Shown here one piece after another: positions 7,880-13,803 of a stretch of DNA of 61,740 nt. The position numbers and the translations under genes were made by a program. Below the pieces are notes generated by a model, which had not been told where the DNA came from, searched no databases, and saw nothing but the letters and a program-made list of their open reading frames with translations. The DNA lies in the IMG/VR virus record IMGVR_UViG_3300045919_000425, positions 97,199-158,938 of that record, one strand, 5' to 3'. Numbering within the stretch: the stretch's first letter is position 1; each line of letters begins with the position of its first letter. Origin of the DNA: a virus. Its lineage: Duplodnaviria > Heunggongvirae > Uroviricota > Caudoviricetes.

Positions 7880-8425
7880 ATGAGCCGCAAGAGTAAAAAG
7901 AAAGCTAACCGTATTAATCAATCTGGCTCTAAGTACGAAGCGAAGTTTCTAAAACACTACGACGACCGTGAAGCTGATATTTTGAGAGAAAAAAGCTCCG
8001 ATGAATTATTGAATATTGTGGCAAAGTGCCAAGCAAATGTTATGCGGGTTGCCGAAGAGTTAGAAGAAAACAGTGACTATCAAGCAGCTAAAGAAGTGTT
8101 AAAGGACTTTAAGTCAGAAATAACACGGATTACAAAGGAAGCTGAAGAAGACGCTGACTATCAGTCCGCTAAGGCATTTGTAGAAGAGTTCAAAGAAAGA
8201 CTTACTAAGACAATAGAAGAAGCAGAAGGCAATAGTGAGTACGTAGAAGCAAAAGAAACAGTAAAAGCAGTAAGAGCCTCATTAAAGGAAGCAAAAGATT
8301 TCCAAGACGCAAAACAACTATTTTGCGTATCTCTTCTTCATGGACGTGGAGTGGTAGACGCAGGAATATCTCCAAACATACTTGAAGGTGTAGAAATAAC
8401 ATTTAATGGAATAAAAGTAGATTAA
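7880..8425 (+). CDS. Hypothetical helical protein with three 27-aa repeats
   Basis: SDYQAAKEVLKDFK.. / ADYQSAKAFVEEFK.. / SEYVEAKETVKAVR.. at 27-aa period; AAGGAG RBS. Confidence 0.75.
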   Translation: MSRKSKKKANRINQSGSKYEAKFLKHYDDREADILREKSSDELLNIVAKCQANVMRVAEELEENSDYQAAKEVLKDFKSEITRITKEAEEDADYQSAKAFVEEFKERLTKTIEEAEGNSEYVEAKETVKAVRASLKEAKDFQDAKQLFCVSLLHGRGVVDAGISPNILEGVEITFNGIKVD

Positions 8426-8430
8426 TCTAC

Positions 8431-8459
8431 TTGACTAATTAGCCAATTCATTCTATAGT
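8431..8459 (+). promoter_or_regulatory. sigma70-like promoter for lon
   Basis: TTGACT-N17-TATAGT, followed by a leader hairpin at 8464-8490. Confidence 0.75.
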
Positions 8460-8516
8460 TAAGATAGCAGTGAGGTTCTGCTCCTGCTATGCAAGTTCTA
8501 TGACCAGGAGGTTAAG

Positions 8517-10706
8517 ATGAGCGGTGATTTCATGAAATTCAAGAAGCTCCCAGAGTCGGTGAAGTCTAAAATTTTGGACTTAGAAGTTAGTAGGTTCCTT
8601 CGAGGAACGGCAGAGTTCCATCAGGTTGATGGGTATTCCATAAGCATTGTAAAGTTCCGCCTCTCAAAGTCTCAGTTTCCTGACTCGCTCTATCTTTATA
8701 ACGCATGCGTAAGCGAAGGATTTCCGAACGAAGAACTCCAGAACTCGCTCCCATGGGAATTAGGCGAAGATATATCCAAAACACATCCTAACTTATCGTA
8801 TCGCAGTCCTAACGCTCTTTGGAAATTCATTTCTGGCATCCCCGTAACCGATAATATTGGAGAAGGTTACTGTGGAGAACTTGCTCAGGTAGCTTTAACT
8901 AAATCTAGCGAATTAACTGAAGATGAGGAGAATGCACGTATGCAAGATGAAAATATGAACGAATTAAAAGAGTTGAGCCTTCGTATTCAGAATTCTAAGA
9001 TGGGAAGAGAGCAAAAAGAAAAAGTAAAGAAAGAATACCGGAAATTAACCATGCTTGCCCCGCAAACGTCAGAGTCCGCCTTGCAACGTGTATATCTCGA
9101 TACAGTGCTTTCATTGCCATGGAATGAATACGCAGTAGAAACGAATGATCTTATAAGGTCTGAAGAAGTATTAAATAGTAGCCATTATGGATTAAAGGCA
9201 GTAAAAGAAAGAGTTTTAGAGTATTTAGCAGTTAACCAATTCACAGGAACAACCAGCAATGGGACAATGCTTTGTCTTTATGGTCCTCCTGGAGTAGGAA
9301 AAACGTCAATAGCTCAATCCATCGCAGATGCAACAGGCAGGGAACTTGTAACAGTAGCGCTAGGCGGAGTATCAGACGAAGCAGATATCCGTGGACATAG
9401 GAAGACATACATAGGCTCAATGCCTGGAAGAATTATGGCAGCGATAAAAAAAGCAAACAAGATGAATCCGATTATCTTACTAGATGAGATAGATAAGATG
9501 GGCGCAACAAATAAAGGAGACCCAGCCGCAGCATTATTAGAGGTATTAGACCCATCACAAAACAAGAAATTTGTGGATCATTACCTGGAAATGGAATTTG
9601 ACTTGTCTAAGGTTATGTTTATAGCAACAGCAAATAGCTTAAATACAATCTCCTCCCCATTAAGAGATCGCATGGAGATTGTTACATTAACAGGATATAC
9701 AGACCAGGAAAAAGTAGAAATAGGACGCAAACACTTAGCTGTGAGTGTCCTTAAGAAGTCAGGGCTATTAAACAGGGGGATTAAGTTCTCTGTAGAGTCA
9801 ATTGAGGAAATAATCAAACACTATACAAAAGAAGCAGGAGTCCGTAACTTAGAAAAAGAAATGTCTAAAGTTTGTCGTAAGATAGTAAAGTCAGCTTTAG
9901 ACGGGAAGAAAGAGTTGGTGTCTGGAATTAGCCGTATGAGCTTTAAAGGTGCAGAAAAAGATAATGAACGGAATATTACACCTGCAATAGTTAATAAGTT
10001 GCTCGGTGTTCGTAAATTCGAAGATGAGCTTAAGAATAAGAAGAACGAGGTTGGAGTAGCACAAGGTCTGGCTTACACTTCAGTCGGCGGATGTCTTCTG
10101 TTTGTAGAAGTAGCTATCACTAAAGGGAAGGGCGGATTCAAGACTACAGGGCAGTTGGGTGATGTTATGAAAGAATCCTCACAGATCGCATTAACTTACA
10201 TTCAAACTAGAAGTGAAATGTTAGGAATATCTGATGAATTCTTCGAGAAACATAACATTCACATTCACTTTCCTGACGGAAATACGCCAAAAGATGGACC
10301 TTCTGCTGGCATTGCTCTTACTCTAGCTATTACCTCTGCAATTACAGGTATTCCTTATAACAGGAATGTTGCAGGGACAGGTGAAGTCGATTTAAGAGGG
10401 AATGCTTTACCTATTGGTGGAGTAAAGGAGAAAATGATCGGAGCTTATGTGGCAGGCGTATCTCAGGTATTTATCCCTAGAACTAATATTAAGGATTTAT
10501 ACGAAGTATCCGATGAGATTAAGGGTAAGATAGAAATACTTCCTATTTCTTGTGCAGAAGAAGCGCTTTTAATAGCTTTAGATTTCAATACCCCGAAAGC
10601 ACTAGAAGTAAAGCAAAAAATAAGTGACTTTCTATTCTTAAATGGAGTCTCTGCCGTCACTGTTAAGCATTCATTAGAGTCTCATCCGAGTTTATCCAGT
10701 AAGTAA
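8517..10706 (+). CDS. lon: Lon (LonA-type) ATP-dependent protease with atypical N-terminus
   Basis: LSLPWN, SHYGLKAVKERVLEYLAV, Walker A GPPGVGKTS, IRGHRKTYIGSMPGRI, Walker B LLDEIDK, catalytic PKDGPSAG (Ser) and IGGVKEK (Lys). Confidence 0.95.
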   Translation: MSGDFMKFKKLPESVKSKILDLEVSRFLRGTAEFHQVDGYSISIVKFRLSKSQFPDSLYLYNACVSEGFPNEELQNSLPWELGEDISKTHPNLSYRSPNALWKFISGIPVTDNIGEGYCGELAQVALTKSSELTEDEENARMQDENMNELKELSLRIQNSKMGREQKEKVKKEYRKLTMLAPQTSESALQRVYLDTVLSLPWNEYAVETNDLIRSEEVLNSSHYGLKAVKERVLEYLAVNQFTGTTSNGTMLCLYGPPGVGKTSIAQSIADATGRELVTVALGGVSDEADIRGHRKTYIGSMPGRIMAAIKKANKMNPIILLDEIDKMGATNKGDPAAALLEVLDPSQNKKFVDHYLEMEFDLSKVMFIATANSLNTISSPLRDRMEIVTLTGYTDQEKVEIGRKHLAVSVLKKSGLLNRGIKFSVESIEEIIKHYTKEAGVRNLEKEMSKVCRKIVKSALDGKKELVSGISRMSFKGAEKDNERNITPAIVNKLLGVRKFEDELKNKKNEVGVAQGLAYTSVGGCLLFVEVAITKGKGGFKTTGQLGDVMKESSQIALTYIQTRSEMLGISDEFFEKHNIHIHFPDGNTPKDGPSAGIALTLAITSAITGIPYNRNVAGTGEVDLRGNALPIGGVKEKMIGAYVAGVSQVFIPRTNIKDLYEVSDEIKGKIEILPISCAEEALLIALDFNTPKALEVKQKISDFLFLNGVSAVTVKHSLESHPSLSSK

Positions 10707-10717
10707 TACTGGATAAA
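10691..10717. repeat. Perfect 11-bp inverted repeat around the lon stop codon
   Basis: tttatccagta-agtaa-tactggataaa; no U-tract on the + strand. Confidence 0.7.
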
Positions 10718-10751
10718 AATCCATAACAATGCTCAATAATTAGGAGGATTT

Positions 10752-11132
10752 ATGAAATTTGAAATCACTGAAGGAAATATTACATTAGGTACATCAATCA
10801 CCACAGTAGAAAAATTCTGTAAGTATCATGAAGTAGACAAACCTAACCCGAGTAATACTCATGAAGATAATATTCGCTGGTTCATGTCAGTTGTCGAATC
10901 TAAAAAGATACCAGCATCTTTTGCAGTACAGGATGCCTCCGAAGGCGCACAGAAGACAAAAAAATTCAGAGCCAAAGAGTTAGAATTCTTCAAAGAAAAA
11001 GGGATGCTCAGGTATTCCGGGAATCAGGACAAATCCCGGTATTGCAACTATTGTTCTTCATTGTTCATCAGTATTGGTGGTTCCCGGAAATGCCATGAAT
11101 GTATAGAGAAGACAAACCATTATTACTACTGA
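10752..11132 (+). CDS. Hypothetical protein with C-terminal CxxC..CxxC zinc ribbon
   Basis: YCNYCSS...KCHEC; AGGAGG RBS. Confidence 0.7.
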   Translation: MKFEITEGNITLGTSITTVEKFCKYHEVDKPNPSNTHEDNIRWFMSVVESKKIPASFAVQDASEGAQKTKKFRAKELEFFKEKGMLRYSGNQDKSRYCNYCSSLFISIGGSRKCHECIEKTNHYYY

Positions 11133-11162
11133 TAATACTTACAAAAAAAATACGACAGATAT

Positions 11163-11195
11163 AATCCTCATTGAACTAAACACTCAATGAGGATT
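11163..11195 (+). terminator. 12-bp perfect hairpin with short U-tract; also sequesters the next RBS
   Basis: aatcctcattga-actaaacac-tcaatgaggatt then tttcg; GAGGA (11189-11193) lies in the 3' arm. Confidence 0.55.
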
Positions 11196-11201
11196 TTTCG
11201 T

Positions 11202-11783
11202 ATGGCAATAGAAAACAAAGCAATAAAAGCACTGAAAGATAAGCTCTCTCACCTAAAAAGTGGCAGAGATTTACAAACCCCAGGAAAGATTAAGTCTGAC
11301 GGTACAAAGCTCAAAGAGCCAGAGTTACCTGGATTAAAATCTCCAAGAACAGCAGCAGCCGCTCCGATTCCAGGGCTAGCTAAGTCCGATGATAAGTCAA
11401 ACTACCTTAAAGGGTTATTTGACTTACAGGACAGATCTTACAAACAAGAAGAGTCATTCAGGAAATCACAGGAATTAAAGAAAGAGGAACCATTAAGGAA
11501 ACCATTCAAAAGTGACGCACAGCGGCGTGCAATGTTCGCCGCTGCCGAGGGAAGTTCAACTTTGGATATTCCAAAAAAGGTGGGTAAGGAGTTTATAAGC
11601 GCATCAAAAGGTGAGGATGTTAAGGATCTGCCAGAGAAAGTAAAGAAATCAAATAAGGTAGAGTCATACGGAGATGCGAAAAAATGGTTAGAGAAGAGGG
11701 TGATTCCATTTGAAGGTTCATTACGGAAAATGGAGAAAAATATTGTTCCATTTGAGGAAAAACCCAGGAAAGGTAAGTTATGA
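11202..11783 (+). CDS. Basic hypothetical protein, possibly virion-associated
   Basis: Start moved to MAIENK after GAGGA; contains KSDAQRRAMFAAAEGSSTLDIPKKVGKEF, a short motif recalled from other phage proteins. Confidence 0.65.
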   Translation: MAIENKAIKALKDKLSHLKSGRDLQTPGKIKSDGTKLKEPELPGLKSPRTAAAAPIPGLAKSDDKSNYLKGLFDLQDRSYKQEESFRKSQELKKEEPLRKPFKSDAQRRAMFAAAEGSSTLDIPKKVGKEFISASKGEDVKDLPEKVKKSNKVESYGDAKKWLEKRVIPFEGSLRKMEKNIVPFEEKPRKGKL

Positions 11784-12349
11784 GTTATTTGCCATTAAGC
11801 CCTATTAAAGTAAGCCCAGGTATCGCTATAGGTGGGATTGCTATTTCAATGATAGTTGGCGGAGTATTAACAAAAACCCTATTGCCAACAAAGACCATAG
11901 AGATTACTAAGACGATAGAAATAGAGAAGAAGACAGAACTAAAGTCGGATAAAACAATAGCGCAGTCTTCAGATAATTTAGTGCAGGATAATGTAATTAC
12001 TTACACTACAATAAAAAGAAAAGACGGTACCGTAATTACTACCGAAAAGATAGATAAATCAATTAAGCATAATAAAGAAAATACCACTTCCCATGATAAA
12101 CAGGAAGTGGTGAAAGAAGAGCATGAGTTTTCTAGGGAGGATAAGAAGATTACTGAATTAAACAAGTCAAGTAATTGGGGATTAGGCTTATCATACAAGG
12201 CTTCTAATTTTAGGGATATTTCTTTAGAGTATCCAAATGTAAAGAACTTAGGAGGGTCTTTAGAGTACAAGGCATTAGACACTTTAGGGTTTCAGTTACA
12301 GGTCTTTACAGACCTTTCCGCAACTCTAACAGTGAAGTACTGGTTTTAG
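11780..12349 (+). CDS. Membrane-anchored protein with C-terminal amphipathic beta-strands (spanin or OM-protein candidate)
   Basis: N-terminal hydrophobic helix GIAIGGIAISMIVGGVL; T/K/E-rich linker; four C-terminal strands ending LTVKYWF. Confidence 0.6.
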   Translation: MSYLPLSPIKVSPGIAIGGIAISMIVGGVLTKTLLPTKTIEITKTIEIEKKTELKSDKTIAQSSDNLVQDNVITYTTIKRKDGTVITTEKIDKSIKHNKENTTSHDKQEVVKEEHEFSREDKKITELNKSSNWGLGLSYKASNFRDISLEYPNVKNLGGSLEYKALDTLGFQLQVFTDLSATLTVKYWF

Positions 12350-12806
12350 TCTTTTTCATTGATTCCTTCTTTGGAGCTTTCTCTTTCACAATCTTCTTAG
12401 AACATATATCTTCCAAATTAAAGCTTAGAAATTTCTCCAGATTAGCAGCAAAAGCACCTCCAACTCCCTTGAGTGAAGAAAGAGGCGGCCTAAGCTTATC
12501 CCCTTCAATGGTAAATTCAGATGGATGACTTTTAAGAATATCTGCCGGAAGAATCATTTCTGACAATTCTTTTGAATACTCTCTGAGCTTATCCCTATCA
12601 GCAGATTCGGCAGAAAGCTCAGCAAGCCAAAAATCCATCGGGTAATGCTTCTTTAGGAATGCTGAATTATATGAAACAATTGAATAAGAACAGTTGTGAG
12701 CTACAGTACCGTTTTCAAGTACAAAGTTGTGGTTAGTCGGCATAACTAGATCAAACACTTGCTGTTCACCTAACGACTTAACACTCTTCACCTTTAATTT
12801 CTTCAT
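12306..12806 (-). CDS. dnaE: Split DnaE C-part: Int-C (38 aa) plus DnaE C-extein (128 aa)
   Basis: MKKLKVKSVKSLGEQQVFDLVMPTNHNFVLENGTVAHN (blocks F/G, terminal HN) followed by +1 Cys and SYSIVSYNSAFLKKHYPMDF (DnaE AYLKxHYP motif), HhH LSSLKGVGG; own AGGAGG RBS. Confidence 0.92.
   Translation of the reverse strand: MKKLKVKSVKSLGEQQVFDLVMPTNHNFVLENGTVAHNCSYSIVSYNSAFLKKHYPMDFWLAELSAESADRDKLREYSKELSEMILPADILKSHPSEFTIEGDKLRPPLSSLKGVGGAFAANLEKFLSFNLEDICSKKIVKEKAPKKESMKKTKTSTSLLELRKGL
12693..12806 (-). mobile_element. Split intein C-half (Int-C)
   Basis: Basic N-terminus, VFDL and NFVLENG block F, AHN|C splice junction at 12693/12692. Confidence 0.92.
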
Positions 12807-13803
12807 AAATCCTCCTTAGTTCAGATTCCCATGTTTCTTGTTGATCATCCCAGAATACTAGTAAATCCTTACCGTTCTCCTCGGCTATCTTCTTCTTGAA
12901 TTCATCATTCTTAATATTCTTGGTTACTACATCCCTTAAAATTTCTTTAGTGTAATCATGCCACACTCGCCCGTGCATTTCGAATAAAGTATTAATCTTA
13001 GGGGAATAAATATCAAAACTACGATACCTACTAAAACACTTAATCCTATACTCCATAACAGCAGCAGGATCATACTCCTTCACCATCCCATATAGCTTCT
13101 GTTGAGGCTTAGTGACTCTCCACTTAGATAGCATTTGCGATCCCATCCTAGAAGCGCTCTCAATACACTTAGGCGAAGCTTTCTGTCCTTTACTTATAAA
13201 CAAGCCTCGTCTTTTAATGTTCATACTAACCACCTCCTCTATTGGTAATTCAAGCAAGTAAGCAATCACGGCATTTTGTTGATTATGACCTCTTTTTTCC
13301 GGGTCTTGAATCTCAACCTCACAGAACTGATACATGAAATCAGGAAATAACTTACTTAGCTTGCTGTGAATATCTTTAAAAGGAAGTGTCTCATCTTTCT
13401 TAAAATTACTAAACAGTTCTTTACTTTTTCTCCTTATCTTATCTACAGGATAGTTTTTTATACGAGTCTTACATGCAGGGTTATTAAGACCTACCCTTTT
13501 CTTACTCATAGTGTTAGCACTAGAACTCCTCATAACTCCGGTAGCACGAGGAGGGATAAAAACCCAGTCTTCGAGTGAATTAACTTTCTCAAGAACTCTA
13601 ATCCACCAGTCAGTGTAAGCAATACTATCAGTCCCGTCAGACTTCAACCAAGCAATATGGTTAACTCTTACACGGTCAATCATTGTAAGTACTTCACTCT
13701 TCCAATCTTCTGAAGAAGTGCACTTAGGGCCAGTAATATGAACCCTTAAGGTATTACCTTTAACGTTCTTTCCGCACCGGCATGTAACATAACTCATTTT
13801 CAT
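12778..13803 (-). CDS. Free-standing Vsr/DUF559-like PD-(D/E)XK homing endonuclease between the intein halves
   Basis: C-terminal EYRIK..SFDIY..TLFEMHGRVWH..NDEFKKKIAEENGKDLLVFWD; NUMOD3-like TMSKKRVGLNNP; N-terminal CRC..H..C cluster. Confidence 0.8.
   Translation of the reverse strand: MKMSYVTCRCGKNVKGNTLRVHITGPKCTSSEDWKSEVLTMIDRVRVNHIAWLKSDGTDSIAYTDWWIRVLEKVNSLEDWVFIPPRATGVMRSSSANTMSKKRVGLNNPACKTRIKNYPVDKIRRKSKELFSNFKKDETLPFKDIHSKLSKLFPDFMYQFCEVEIQDPEKRGHNQQNAVIAYLLELPIEEVVSMNIKRRGLFISKGQKASPKCIESASRMGSQMLSKWRVTKPQQKLYGMVKEYDPAAVMEYRIKCFSRYRSFDIYSPKINTLFEMHGRVWHDYTKEILRDVVTKNIKNDEFKKKIAEENGKDLLVFWDDQQETWESELRRIYEEIKGEEC

Noticed and set aside
10691-10717. Intrinsic terminator for lon
   Set aside because: Strong stem but followed by an A-run on the + strand, and the next gene has no separate promoter; kept only as a repeat
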